Shown piece by piece: positions 49,527 through 61,139 of a stretch of 64,000 nucleotides of DNA. Position 1 is the first letter of the stretch. Every line of letters starts with the position of its first letter. The translations under genes were made by a program, and so were the position numbers. The notes under the pieces are model-generated. The model was not told the origin of the DNA and ran no database searches. It saw only the letters and a list, made by a program, of their open reading frames with translations. The stretch spans positions 960,001-1,024,000 of the forward strand of contig CAWCKW010000012.1 in the NCBI GenBank assembly GCA_963796285.1, in the 5' to 3' direction. This DNA is from Nitrospirota bacterium (GTDB lineage Bacteria; Nitrospirota; UBA9217).

Positions 49527-50504
49527 TCAGGGTTGTGTCGCTTTTGCAGCGTCCTGTTTAACGATCTTCTCGTACAAATCCAGCACTATGCCTTCTCTCA
49601 AGCCCCAATCGCTTACCAGCATCGAGGTAAATCCGAATCGACGAATGATCTCCTGGAGGATCACGGCGCCTGCGAGGATGATATCTTCGCGGCCGGGTTC
49701 GAGCCCCCGTATCGTTCTGCGCTCCACGAGGCTGCTCATGCTGAGCGTGTCAACGATCTTATCAATGGAATCTCTGGTCAGGACAGACCGGTTGATCCTT
49801 GCAGGATCATACCCATCAAGCCTCTGATCCATGGCGGCAAGCGTCGTGATCGTACCGGCAGTACCGACTAACATACCGGCTGGGTCCGGCTGGATCATCG
49901 CAGAATATCTATCGAGTTCTTCCCTGACCATCCGTCTGAGATGGGCGAATTCTTCAGCGATCGGTGGGTCGTGCTTGATGCACCGCTCGGTAAGATAGAC
50001 CGCACCCAGGGGAAGGCTTATGATGACCGGAGCTTTGTCGCGACGGTTTGCGATGATCTCGGTGCTGCCTCCGCCGATATCGACGACGAGCGATGACACG
50101 AGAGGATTTAACTGCTTCTGTCGTTCATCGCCGGTAAGCGTGCGAGCAACACCAAGCAGAGTAAGACGCGCCTCTTCCTCTCCGGAAATCACCGTGATGC
50201 CAATGCCTGTTTTTTTCTTCACTGCATGAATGAATGCGGACGAATTTGATGCGTTCCTGAGAGCGCTTGTTCCGATCGCAGCGGTTTGGAGCGCGGCGTG
50301 ACGCCGGATCTGTTCGGAATAATCTCCGAGTGCCTTCAGGGCGCGATCCTGGGCCTCGCTGGTGAGCATTCCGTTTAGGTCAAGGTCCTGTCCCAGACGG
50401 GTGATCTTTCTGTCTGCATAGATCTCACGGAAGGAATCTGGGCCGGTTTCGGCCACGAGCAAGCGGAGGGTGTTTGTACCGATGTCGATCCCGGCAAGGA
50501 TCAT
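49527..50504 (-). CDS. ppx: Ppx/GppA phosphatase
   Basis: IDIGTNT, SGEEEA, DIGGGSTE, GLREG. Confidence 0.92.
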   Translation of the reverse strand: MILAGIDIGTNTLRLLVAETGPDSFREIYADRKITRLGQDLDLNGMLTSEAQDRALKALGDYSEQIRRHAALQTAAIGTSALRNASNSSAFIHAVKKKTGIGITVISGEEEARLTLLGVARTLTGDERQKQLNPLVSSLVVDIGGGSTEIIANRRDKAPVIISLPLGAVYLTERCIKHDPPIAEEFAHLRRMVREELDRYSAMIQPDPAGMLVGTAGTITTLAAMDQRLDGYDPARINRSVLTRDSIDKIVDTLSMSSLVERRTIRGLEPGREDIILAGAVILQEIIRRFGFTSMLVSDWGLREGIVLDLYEKIVKQDAAKATQP

Positions 50505-50953
50505 GAGACAATCTGTTGCTTGAGCCTTTCCTGGTAAGTCCGGATTCGCATGGCGAGCAATTTGGTAATTATCATGAGTGCCCTTGCAGCGATCCGGGGT
50601 TCCAGCTCGGTCAACGTTTGAAAATCCTTTCTCGTGATGAGCAAGAGTTCAACAGCCGTCTCTGCCCGCGCAGTCACCAGGCGGTTCGCTTCCTGGACCA
50701 GCGCAAGCTCGCCGAAGAATTCACCGGGCCCGAGAAGCAGGATGCCCATTTCCTCGCCTTCGCCCGCCATCATCGAGATCCTGACTGTTCCGCTCTTTAT
50801 GATATAGAGGGCCTCCGCAGGCATGTTCTCTATGAAAATGGTAGTGTTCGGTTTTAGCTCGCGCTCCTGAAACAGCTCCAGAATGTGCTCGATCTTTTCT
50901 TTGCTGCCGCCCTTGAAGAGCATTGTACTGAGTAGGAGTTGCAAGTTATTCAT
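50501..50953 (-). CDS. Stand-alone cyclic nucleotide-binding domain protein
   Basis: LYIIKSG.V, GEFFGELAL. Confidence 0.85.
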   Translation of the reverse strand: MNNLQLLLSTMLFKGGSKEKIEHILELFQERELKPNTTIFIENMPAEALYIIKSGTVRISMMAGEGEEMGILLLGPGEFFGELALVQEANRLVTARAETAVELLLITRKDFQTLTELEPRIAARALMIITKLLAMRIRTYQERLKQQIVS

Positions 50954-51075
50954 ATTGACCGTAGGAGTGCCTGGTGTGCGTCCGTAGCGATATGAAAACA
51001 TTATAGGTTGGCAGATTATCTTTGTCAAGGCACAATGAAGGCATTTGAACCTCCTGGGAACGTGCCGGGCATCGA

Positions 51076-52296
51076 TCAGGAGTTCTGTTGTTTTGCAAAT
51101 TCACTGATGGCGGCCATGAGTGAGGCGGCAATCGCCGTTTTCGGCATGGTCGGCAATTCGGTCCTCTTTCCCGACCGGTCAATGATCGTCACGGCGTTCG
51201 TATCGGATCCAAATCCCGACCCGCTCCTGAGCAGGTCATTGACGACGATCATGTCGAGATGTTTATTGTTCAATTTCTTCAGTGCGTTCTGTTCAATGTC
51301 GTCAGTTTCAGCGGCAAACCCTATCAGCAGCCGCTTTCCGCCGGCCTTGCCGAGTTCGAGCAGGATATCCTCGGTCCGTGCAAGCTGGAGCGTTTGGGCG
51401 GCGTCTTCTTTCTTTATTTTTCGGTCCGATGTCTGGAGAGGCTTGAAATCGGATACCGCCGCGGCCATGATCACGATATGACTGCGGTCAAGATGCTCCT
51501 TCACCGCACGATGCATGTCCCCGGCGCTGACCACGGAAACCACCTTCACTCCCCGCGGTGAAGGAAGCTGGGTGGGTCCGGTTATCAGGATCACCTCCGC
51601 ACCGCGGTCCCGTGCGGCAGATGCCAGCGCATATCCCATTTTCCCCGTGGACGGATTACTGATAAAACGGACCGCATCAATGAACTCCCGCGTCGGTCCC
51701 GCCGTTACCAGCACGGTCTTTCCCACGAGGTCTTTTTGTGTCAAGAGAGCGGAAAGCTCCTGCAAGATCAGATCGATGTCCGCAAGCCTGCCCTGTCCCA
51801 TCGTTCCGCAGGCAAGACTGCCAATCCCCGGCTCGATAAACCGTACTCCGCATTCTTTCAGGAAGGTAATATTTCTCTGGAGAACGGGATTACGGTACAT
51901 CCGGTCGTTCATGGCGGGCGCAAGAAGGAGCGGGCAATCGAGTGCCATCAGGGCTGAGGTCAAGGCGTCGTCGGCAATGCCGGCGGCTATCTTGCCGATG
52001 ATGTTCGCCGTGGCCGGGGCAACGAGAGCGAGGTCCAGACCCTCGGTGATCTCGATATGTCCGATGGCGCCTTGACCTCTCCCGGAGAACTCATCACACA
52101 ATACCGGTCCGTGGGAGAGCGTTTCAAAGGTCAGACGGGGACACGAACTTCGCGGCATGCCTTGTCATCGCAACTCGCACCTCGGCACCGCGCTTCGGTA
52201 AGCCTTCGCAGCAGGTCTGCCGCCTTATATGACCGCGATACTGCCGGACACGCCGAGCAGGATCCGTTTCCCGGATAAGAGGCCACCCTGTTCCAC
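51076..52296 (-). CDS. coaBC: Phosphopantothenoylcysteine decarboxylase/ligase (frameshifted 5' part)
   Basis: ILLGVSGSIA, APATAN, PAMN, TAGPTRE, GFAAET. Confidence 0.9.
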
Positions 52297-52308
52297 TCCA
52301 GACACTCC

Positions 52309-52739
52309 TTATTCCTCGGTATCTTCCGTCTTGTCGGTATCTTCGGCCATCTCTTCTTCGCCGGGGCTGTCTTCGCGTAGATCTCTTCAGCCCCTTCTTC
52401 CTCCGCTGACTCGGAAAGATAGGCGCTTAGTTCTTTGCGTATCTCCTCTTCCTTGGCAGAAAGCTGCGCATCCGCCTTCGCTCGCTCTTCCCGCTTGCGG
52501 AATTCTTCCTTGGCTACATTCGCCGCTTCTCCGACGATGATGGTGAACTTTCCTGCGATGGCCTCTTCCAGGGCCACGGTCGTGTCCTTGATGGAGTGCG
52601 TGGCAACCGCCATCGGCGCGCCGGCGGATAGCTGCCTCACCCGCTGGGACGCGATGTGTACCAGGCGGAACTTCGTGTCCGCAATTTTGTCAGTCATCTC
52701 GATGGGAAGAGAGATCAGATCGTCAACTGCTTTTTGCAT
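52309..52739 (-). CDS. rpoZ: RNA polymerase omega subunit with acidic tail (indel near the 3' end)
   Basis: KFRLVHIASQRVRQL, ALEE; lies between gmk and coaBC; shifted frame reads EDSPGEEEMAEDTDKTEDTEE*. Confidence 0.85.
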
Positions 52740-52765
52740 TGTGCACCTCCTAGAATAGTATAGTT

Positions 52766-53386
52766 CTAATTGTAACGTTCAAAACAGTCCTCGATCCACG
52801 TGGTATCCATCAGCCGGGTACGGCACCGTTCCGAGATGACGATCGACCGCAACTCGGTGAGCGCCCGGTCGAAATCCCGGTTGACAATTATATAGTCATA
52901 CATGGCGTAGTCCCTGATCTCTTCACGCGACCGTTGCATCCGTTTCCTGATCTCGTCCTCGTGGTCGGACTTGCGGTTTCTGAGCCGTTCCTCGAGGATA
53001 TCGAGCGATGGCGGCATGATGAAGATGAATACCGCGGTATCGTACTTCGCCTTGATCTGCTTGGCCCCCTGCGTGTCGATATCAAGGATCACATCAAGGC
53101 CTTTCGAGATCAAGTCATCAAGCACGCGCCGTGAGGTGCCATAGAGGTTCGAGTGGACCTCGGCCCATTCCGCAAAATCGCCCGCCTGGATCATTTCCCG
53201 AAACCGCTCCTGGCTCACGAAATAGTAGTCCCTTCCATCGATCTCGCCGGGCCGCGGCTTGCGCGTTGCATAGGAGATCGAATGGGTAAGGTTCTCCAGC
53301 GAGTCGGTGATGGCCCTGCACAGGCTCGTTTTGCCTGCGCCTGAAGGCGCTGATACCACGAACAACAGCCCTTTTTTCCTCTTCAC
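52766..53386 (-). CDS. gmk: Guanylate kinase
   Basis: [21 protein letters not shown]; GTG start overlaps the remA stop. Confidence 0.96.
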   Translation of the reverse strand: MKRKKGLLFVVSAPSGAGKTSLCRAITDSLENLTHSISYATRKPRPGEIDGRDYYFVSQERFREMIQAGDFAEWAEVHSNLYGTSRRVLDDLISKGLDVILDIDTQGAKQIKAKYDTAVFIFIMPPSLDILEERLRNRKSDHEDEIRKRMQRSREEIRDYAMYDYIIVNRDFDRALTELRSIVISERCRTRLMDTTWIEDCFERYN

Positions 53387-53634
53387 GGTCCACTCCCGCT
53401 GGAAAATCTCTGCATCAGGGTCTCGACCTGTACGGCAGAGAGAATGACATGGTCGCTGTCGGTGATGATGATCGCCCGGGTCTTTCTCCCCTGGGTGGCA
53501 TCGAGCAGCCGCTTCTGCTCTTTCGCTTCTTCCTTGAGCCGGCGCATGGGCGCCGAGTCGGGCGAGAGGACCGCAACGACCTTTGTCGCCATCACCATGT
53601 TGCCGTATCCGATATTGACGAGGTTGTTTACCAT
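53383..53634 (-). CDS. remA: RemA/DUF370 protein
   Basis: NIGYGN, DAT.GRKTR, DS.HVILSA. Confidence 0.9.
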   Translation of the reverse strand: MVNNLVNIGYGNMVMATKVVAVLSPDSAPMRRLKEEAKEQKRLLDATQGRKTRAIIITDSDHVILSAVQVETLMQRFSSGSGP

Positions 53635-53844
53635 GGATCATCCTAAGAGCAAGAATCGTTCGTACAATGGCCAAGAAGAGGGCCACACTGAGCCGTAAGG
53701 AACGCGCAATAAAACAGAAAAGTTTGTTACCGGCTTCCTCATTTTAGCGATACGATTGACTAGATCAAGCGCTATTTTTTCTCTGTGATACTAGCACTGC
53801 GAACCTTTACTTATGTCCTCTGTGGTTAAATGCTATTCGGGGGA

Positions 53845-54727
53845 TCACTCGATGTTCTGTACCTGTTCGCGTATCTTCTCCAGTTCGGCCTTGACATTCA
53901 CTACATCCATGGATATCTGCGCGTCCATTGCCTTTGATGCGATGGTGTTCACTTCCCGTCCCATCTCCTGCAGCAGAAAATCGAGTTTCCTTCCCACGGC
54001 CTCACGCGTGGAACCGCCCAGCAATGACCGGAATTGCGTCATGTGGCACGCAAGACGGGTGAGCTCCTCGGTAACGTCCGTACGCTCCGCAAGGACCGCT
54101 ATTTCCTGCGCCAGCCTGACCGGATCAGGCTGTTCGGTCAGCAGTCTGTTCAGGGTCTCCGTCATTCGCTTGCGGGCGTTCTCGACGGTAACAGGCGTGC
54201 GAGAGGTGATGGCCTGGATCGCGCGTTCACTGGTATCGAGGCGCTCCCTGATATCCTGGGACAGTAGAGCTCCCTCTTCCCCGCGCATCCGATCGAGTTC
54301 ATCAAGCGCCTGCGACATGCCTGTCGACAACAGCTGCCAGAGGGCCTCCGGGTCGTCCTTTACGTCGGTCATCGTGATGAGGTCCGGCAAACCGGCCACC
54401 AGCGAGAGATCCGCATCGCCGCTCAACCCGAACCGCGTTTTCAGGTCCTTCAGGATGCCGATATACTGCGCCGCCAATGTCTCGTTCACGGCAAGCCGGC
54501 CGGCACGTTCGTGCTCGCTGTTCCGGGCAATAGAGACATCGAACCGTCCCCGGGAAAAACGCTCCTGCACGGTCTTTTTCACCCGTGACTCCAGGACGGC
54601 AAGTCCCCGGGGTATCTTTACCTGAACATCAAGATAACGGTTGTTCAGCGAGCGGATCTCAATGGAAAAATGACCGCCTGTCATCGCCCGCTTCCGTCCG
54701 GCCATATCCTGTCATGCTGCGTATCAT
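53845..54727 (-). CDS. yicC: YicC/YloC endoribonuclease (5' frameshift)
   Basis: MIRSMTGYG in a shifted frame; GRKLDFL.QEM.REVNT; REQVQNIE. Confidence 0.9.
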
Positions 54728-54810
54728 CGATAATTAACTCTACCTAATCCGGATAAGCCGGAATATATAGTACGCTTCGTCACCCACATTGTCAAACAAT
54801 CCATACTGCA

Positions 54811-55210
54811 CTAGAACTTTCTCGTATAATCCTCTTCAACGATCGGCTCAAAATGGAACGTCCTGACGGTATATGGCGGATAGATGTCAAAAAAGAAATG
54901 GACCTCGACATCCCATGCCGTGCCGATCTTCATGCGGTGGGTGTCTCATCGCGCATCAATTTAAAATCGTCCGGTCCGAGCGGAAGGCCGAGTTCCTTTG
55001 CCCTCTTTGCAAGACTGTTGTGATATCCGCGTCAGTCAAGGTCTGCGCAAAACGGGCCTTCCCGACCATTTCATCCTTCATCGCTTCCGAATCAATGTAC
55101 AATGGCACCAGTTTAACGCCTATATGAATGACGATAAATAAAACCAGAAAGATAAACAGCACCTTAAAACTGACCATTCCGTTGTCCTTCGATAACGTTG
55201 ACACTGTCAT
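54811..55210 (-). CDS. DUF4845-like single-TM protein (frameshifted)
   Basis: N-terminal TM, KLVPLY, position downstream of lepB. Confidence 0.55.
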
Positions 55211-55221
55211 CCCCTCCGTTT

Positions 55222-55938
55222 TTATCGTATCAGCATCCCTATCCGTTCCCACCGCACCCAGCGGTCGTCTCCATCCCATGACCAGTAGATAATGAGCGCC
55301 CTGCCGAGGATCTTGTCATACTTTACAAATCCCCAGAACCGGCTGTCCTGGCTGTTGTCGCGGTTATCTCCCATCACAAATACCGATTCTGCCGGCACCA
55401 GCTTGGGTCCGAAATCATAATTCGACTGGTCGCGAAGATATTGAATATCGTGTTTGACGATTCCGAGCTGCTCTTCAAAGAGCCTCGGTTTTTCATAATA
55501 GTGTGAACCCGTACCCTGTTCTCTTTCCTCGAACGCGCCCCGCGCGATGATCGGCACCGGCTGGTCGTTGATGAACAGTCCTGCCATTTTTTATTTCGAT
55601 CTTGTCCCCCGGAACACCGACGACGCGCTTGATAAAGTTCTTCGATTCGTTCTCCGGATACTTGAATACGATAATTTCGCCGCGCTTCGGCTCTTTCCAC
55701 GTGAAGATCCTGGTGTCGGTAAAGGGTATCCGCGGACCGTAGACGAACTTGTTCACCAGCAGGTGATCGCCGATGTCGAGCGTCGGGATCATCGATCCCG
55801 ACGGTATCTTGAACGCCTCGACAACAAACTGTCTGATGAACAGGGCAACGACCGCCGCGATGAGGAACGGTTCGACCCACTCCTTAAAAAATGACCTGTG
55901 CTTCACTTCCTGGTTTCTCTCTGCGTCTCCGACATCAT
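55222..55938 (-). CDS. lepB: Signal peptidase I (frameshifted)
   Basis: IPSGSM.PTL, FIKRVVG, MGDNRDNS.DSR. Confidence 0.92.
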
Positions 55939-56035
55939 TCCTCCCTAATCATTGAACGCAGATCGCAATAGATCATAAACTCGTTTCTGTTGAACATGGT
56001 TCAAGTTCAATTTTCAAGCTACAATCCACTGCTAA

Positions 56036-57854
56036 TTACTCTCCCACCTTCAAGACGGCAAGGAAAGCCTCCTGCGGAAGCTCAACGCTGCCGACCTGTT
56101 TCATCCGTTTCTTGCCTTCTTTCTGTTTTTCGAGAAGCTTGCGTTTTCTCGTGATATCGCCGCCGTAGCATTTCGCGGTCACGTCCTTGCGGAGCGCTCT
56201 GACCGTCTCACGCGCGATGATCTTTGCGCCGATCGCTGCCTGGATGATCACTTCATACAGCTGTCGCGGGATCACTTCCTTGAGCTTCTCCGCAAGCTGC
56301 CTGCCGCGGACCGCGGCCTTGTCGCGATGGGTGATGAGCGACAGGGCATCCACGGGCTCGCCGTTCATCAGCATATCGAGTTTCACGAGATCGGACTCCA
56401 CATAGCCCGACAGTTCATAATCGAGCGAGGCATATCCCTTGGTCAGGGATTTGAGCCGGTCATAGAAGTCCATCACGATCTCGTTCAGCGGAAGATCGTA
56501 GGTGATCCGCACCCGGTCCTTGGTGATATATGCGATCTCCCTCTGGATGCCGCGCCGCTCCTGACACAAGGCGATAAGCGACCCCACGTACTGCTCCGGC
56601 GTGATGAGCGAGGCCACGATCATCGGCTCCTCGATACGCTGGATATCCTGGATGTCCGGCAATCTTGGCGGGATTGTCCACCATCACGATGCTCGCCGTC
56701 GTTCTTGGTCACCCGGTAAACGACCGTCGGCGCCGTGGGGATCAGGTCGAGCTTGAATTCCCGCTCGAGCCGTTCCTTAATGATGTCCATGTGCAGCAGG
56801 CCAAGAAAACCGCACCGGAAGCCGAATCCCAGCGCAAGCGACGTTTCCGGCTCATAGGTGAACGACGAGTCGTTCAACCGCAGTTTTTCAAGGGCGTCGC
56901 GCAGATCGGCATAGCCGTCGCTGTCCACCGGGTAGATGCCGGCGAAGACCATGGGCTTCACGTCTTTGTAACCCGGAAGCGGCGCGTCCGCAGGACGATC
57001 GGCATCCATGACCGTATCGCCGATCTTGGCATCCGCAGACCCGCTTGATGCCGGCGATGATGCATCCCACCTCGCCCTGCGACAATTCCGTTATCTGCTG
57101 CATCTTCGGCGTGTAAACACCCCGACGGACTGCACTTCATAGACCGCGGAATTCGAGTAACAGCCTGATCTTCTGCTTCGGACGCACGATCCCGTCCACT
57201 ACCCGGACCAGGATGACCACCCCCTGGTACGTGTCATACCAGGAATCGAACAACAGCGCCCTGAGCGGCGCATCGGGGTCTCCCGGAGGTGCCGGGATGT
57301 TCTTCACGATCGACTCAAGGATCTCGTGGATGCCGATCCCCGCTTTGGCGCTCGCGGTAATGGCGCCCGAGGCGTCAAGTCCGATCGAATTCTTCGATCT
57401 GGTGCTTCGCCTCTTCGATGTTCGCGCTCGGCAGATCGATCTTGTTGATCACCGGGATGATCTCAAGGTTGTGATCGATCGCAAGGTACGCGTTGGCCAG
57501 CGTCTGCGCTTCCACCCCCTGTGAGGCGTCCACCACGAGGAGCGCGCCCTCGCATGCCGCCATGCTTCGCGAGACCTCGTAGGTAAAATCGACATGCCCC
57601 GGCGTGTCGATCAGGTTCAGGATATAGTCCTGGCCGTCAGATGCCTTGTAGCTGAGACGCACGGCGTGGGCTTTGATGGTGATGCCGCGCTCGCGCTCAA
57701 GGTCCATGTCGTCCAGCACCTGGTTGCTGCCCGCGGCCGACATCTCCCGGTCAGAAAGCGCTCCGGTAAATTCGAGGATCCTGTCGGCAAGAGTTGACTT
57801 GCCGTGGTCGATATGCGCGATGATGCAAAAGTTCCTGATATGCGTGCTTGCCAT
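56036..57854 (-). CDS. lepA: Elongation factor 4 (multiple frameshifts)
   Basis: [36 protein letters not shown]. Confidence 0.95.
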
Positions 57855-57861
57855 AATCTAT

Positions 57862-57985
57862 ATCAAATTCCAAATCTCAAATGACAAATCGCGCATACTT
57901 TAAACATCGTAATTTCTAAACAAGTTGATATCTGATATGCGAACGTTAGGATTGATTTGTCATTGAGTGCCTGTTAACTTGGTAT
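57862..57985. repeat. Bipartite heptamer element (CAAAT.. / ..ATTTG)
   Basis: tcaaattccaaatctcaaatgacaaat ... gatttgtcattg...ttggtatt. Confidence 0.55.
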
Positions 57986-58943
57986 TCATCCTTCCCTTAG
58001 CTGTATCTTCTGTAATGCCCCTGCCGCAGCGCCGATCATTCCCGCATCATCACCGAGCAGTGACGGAACGATCTCGGTCCGCTCGGCGGGCACCTGAAAG
58101 GCCCGCCTCATGATCTCCTCGTGCGTAGCCCCGATAAAAAGGTCCCAGGCCTCCTTGACACCGCCGCCGAGTCACGATCATTTGGGGATTAAAGATATTG
58201 ATCAGGTTGGCGATGCCGATACCGAGCAGCCGCCCCATGTCCTTCATAACCCGCAAGGCGACGGTATCCCCGTTCCTCGCTGCCTGATAAACCATGTTCG
58301 GACGTGACCTCAGAAAGCCTGATTTACTTCTGTCATCCCCAAGGCTTCCCGATAACTTTGTACAATACCGCGCGCCGAGGCGTACATTTCAAGGCATCCG
58401 GTATTTCCGCATCCACAGGGTCGCCCGTCAGGGATCAGCGTCATATGGCCGATCTCCCCTGCCATCCCATCTGCGCCCTGCCAGATCTTATTATTGAGCG
58501 ATGATCCCGCCACCCACCCCGGTCCCGAGCGTCAGCAGGATCATGCTATCGATACCGCGGCCGGCCCCGCGCCACTGCTCTCCTAGGGCCGCCGCATTTG
58601 CGTCGTTCTCGATGATCACCGGGATACGGAGCGCCTTTTCCAATTCATCCCTGAGCGGTAGGTTGTTCCAGTCAGGGAAATTGGGCGATTTCACGACAAT
58701 ACCTTTGTCCATCTGTATAACGCCAGGCGCGCCTACACCGACCGCCATAACATGCAGTCCTCGTTGGACGGCAATTTCCCGCTGCCGCGTAATATTGTCA
58801 ACCAGACGGGCGACGACTATTTTCCAGCCATCCGCAGCGTGCGTGGCCTCTTTGCGTTTGTCGAGAATGTCCCCGTCGGTGCTCAAGAGCGCCGTCCTTA
58901 AGTTCGTCCCGCCGAGGTCCACGCCGATTACTACCTGGCCCAC
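57986..58943 (-). CDS. glk: ROK-family glucokinase (frameshifted)
   Basis: GVDLGGT, ENDANAAALGE, LGTGVGGG, GEIGH, CGCGNTGCLE. Confidence 0.88.
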
Positions 58944-59062
58944 GCTCACCCTCCGTAACTGCTCAAATTCATAGGATATTCGTAAAGTTTTGCATGATAA
59001 CATAGTGCAGCAAGAATGTAAATAAGATTGTTGTCACCGGGCATCAACTGAAAAAGGAATGG

Positions 59063-59471
59063 TCAGAATTGAATAATGAGATAAGCCCATTGCGCAAGCA
59101 GAATCATGACCGCTCCCGCCCTCATGAAATTTTTCTCTTTATCGGCTAGGAGGAAGTTGATGCGGGGAAGATCAAATGCCACGCTCATAAGGCTGGAAAT
59201 AAAATACACGATTGCCGCCATCAGGCACAAGGTGGTCAGGGGATTCATGGCAAACGCAGACAGGATATCGCCATGAGACTAAATGCACCACCGACCTCGT
59301 AGAACCACAGGTGGGACAGGGGATCCCGGTCAGTCCTTTGAATACGCAGTCCGGCGCGAACGAGAGAATAGGCAGCAACCGGCCAACGCCCAGCATCAAG
59401 AGCGCAATCCCCCCGTAGATGATGCCGAATTCTATCTGGTTCGATGACTTCTTTTTCAAGTTCAAGCGCAT
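59063..59471 (-). CDS. DUF2752 membrane protein (frameshifted)
   Basis: C.FK.LTGIPCPTCG.TRS, then NP in a shifted frame. Confidence 0.75.
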
Positions 59472-59486
59472 GCCGGCGGTCTCACA

Positions 59487-60248
59487 TCACTTATACAGAT
59501 GCATCATGGCGCCGAACGATGAGGCGATAGCACCCATGAACAGAACAGCCGCCAGAAGCATTGCCCCGCAGCAGAACAGAAAAGGGAAAAAAACGGCAAC
59601 GGTCGCCTTGCCGCCGGTGGTTTCATGCGCTTCCCTGAGCCCGATCACGATGAGCGTCAGCATCCAGAGCATCGTGATCAGCATGCCGCAGTATGGAATG
59701 ACCATGAACAGAAAGGGCGATACACTGTAACTAGTCACACGAAAAGTCGCCTCAAAACCGGCCTTCGCGCCGCGGACCATCATGAGAAAAAGGTGGAGCA
59801 TTCCGGACACGATGAACAGCCAGATGATGAGCAGGAACGGCATCATGACCATTCCCAAAGGTGATGCGATACCATTTGACATGCCACGACCGGCCGCGTC
59901 CCTCATCTCAGATGTCATGATTCTCTGCATCGAGTCATGAAGCACGAGATCCCAGATGGAAAGGAACATCAACCCCACCATGCCGATGATCATGGCGAAG
60001 AGCAACGGATCGGTCAGACCTCCGGTCACCGCCATCTTCCTGAAAAAATCAGACGGGCTCAAAAGCGCGTTCTTCGCGGTACTGAAGATACCGCTGAAAT
60101 ATCCGTTCGCTGCCCGGTCTTCCCACGGCGTTTTGCATCTCCCGCCACCAGGAGAACCTGTTCCTCCCTCAGCAACAAGCCGGAAACCGCACTGTTGACA
60201 AAAAATCTGGCCTTCTGTAATTCCATTACCACAGTGTGGACAAAACAC
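59487..60248 (-). CDS. Zinc-ribbon plus YIP1-family membrane protein
   Basis: MFCPHCG...FCQQCG, TPWE, P..FF, FEATFRV. Confidence 0.75.
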   Translation of the reverse strand: MFCPHCGNGITEGQIFCQQCGFRLVAEGGTGSPGGGRCKTPWEDRAANGYFSGIFSTAKNALLSPSDFFRKMAVTGGLTDPLLFAMIIGMVGLMFLSIWDLVLHDSMQRIMTSEMRDAAGRGMSNGIASPLGMVMMPFLLIIWLFIVSGMLHLFLMMVRGAKAGFEATFRVTSYSVSPFLFMVIPYCGMLITMLWMLTLIVIGLREAHETTGGKATVAVFFPFLFCCGAMLLAAVLFMGAIASSFGAMMHLYK

Positions 60249-60638
60249 GCAACCTCCTTACACCGGAAACCCTAAAAATGTTTTATCTGGCCGGAATGGT
60301 CAGACGGAAGCCAGGAGTATCGTCACTCCTTCGAATGGACTTCTTCTCCCCGGAGGTCCCTCAGCTTATCCTTATATTACTGTATCTTAAGCTATTGAGA
60401 TGGCAATGATAAAGACAAGAAGCATCAAAGGCTGTCAATGTCGTGCGCAAGTCACCTCCTGGAACTGGCGAACTCCCGCAAAACGTGCAATAAAAAAACC
60501 GCCCAAGGCGATTTGTGAAGAAATCTTATACTATCCAGCCCGTATTGTCAATTTGAATCATTTTCCTGCGGCATCTTCAGCCTACAAAGATCATCAGCAA
60601 CATGCTCAGACGATTCACGTATCCGGTGAGGGGAGGTA

Positions 60639-61130
60639 TCAGGCACTTCCGCATTCGCGAAGGTCCCCGTTGATCTTTTCGATCGCATGAGGAAGTGCAG
60701 GAAGGATGACGGCAAGGTTCTCACGCACGGCCCTGGGGCTGCCAGGCAAGTTCACGATCAGGGTCCGCTTGCGGATGCCCGTGATGGCCCTGGAGATCAT
60801 GGCATGGGGGGTCTTCTTGAGACTCTCTGCGCGCATGGCCTCGGCCATGCCGGGCAATTCCCGTTCGATAACCTCTCGCGTGGCCTCGGGTGTCACATCG
60901 CGGGGCGACACGCCTGTGCCGCCCGTGGTGAGAATAAGGTCGATCGTTCCGGAATCTGACAGGCGGCTCAGGACTTCGACAATGCCCGGTTTCTCATCGG
61001 GAAGGACCTCATAATGACTAACGGAAGCGCCAATGCTCATGATCATCTCTCGGATGATCATGCCACTTTCGTCCTCTCTCTCACCCTTTGAGCCTTTGTC
61101 ACTCAGGGTTATAATTGCGGCGCGAAACAT
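60639..61130 (-). CDS. mog: Molybdopterin adenylyltransferase (MogA/MoaB family)
   Basis: TLSDKG, TTGGTG.SPRDVTPEAT, NLPGSP. Confidence 0.92.
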   Translation of the reverse strand: MFRAAIITLSDKGSKGEREDESGMIIREMIMSIGASVSHYEVLPDEKPGIVEVLSRLSDSGTIDLILTTGGTGVSPRDVTPEATREVIERELPGMAEAMRAESLKKTPHAMISRAITGIRKRTLIVNLPGSPRAVRENLAVILPALPHAIEKINGDLRECGSA

Positions 61131-61139
61131 GTTTCGGTC

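Noticed and set aside
56036-57854. Programmed frameshifting or pseudogenisation of lepA and its neighbours
   Set aside because: Many unrelated genes in the same segment are broken and no slippery signals are evident; sequencing error is more parsimonious.
60280-60640. Riboswitch or ncRNA near mog and the YIP1 gene
   Set aside because: No Moco, c-di-GMP or other aptamer consensus was recognisable by eye; an Rfam/Infernal scan would be needed.
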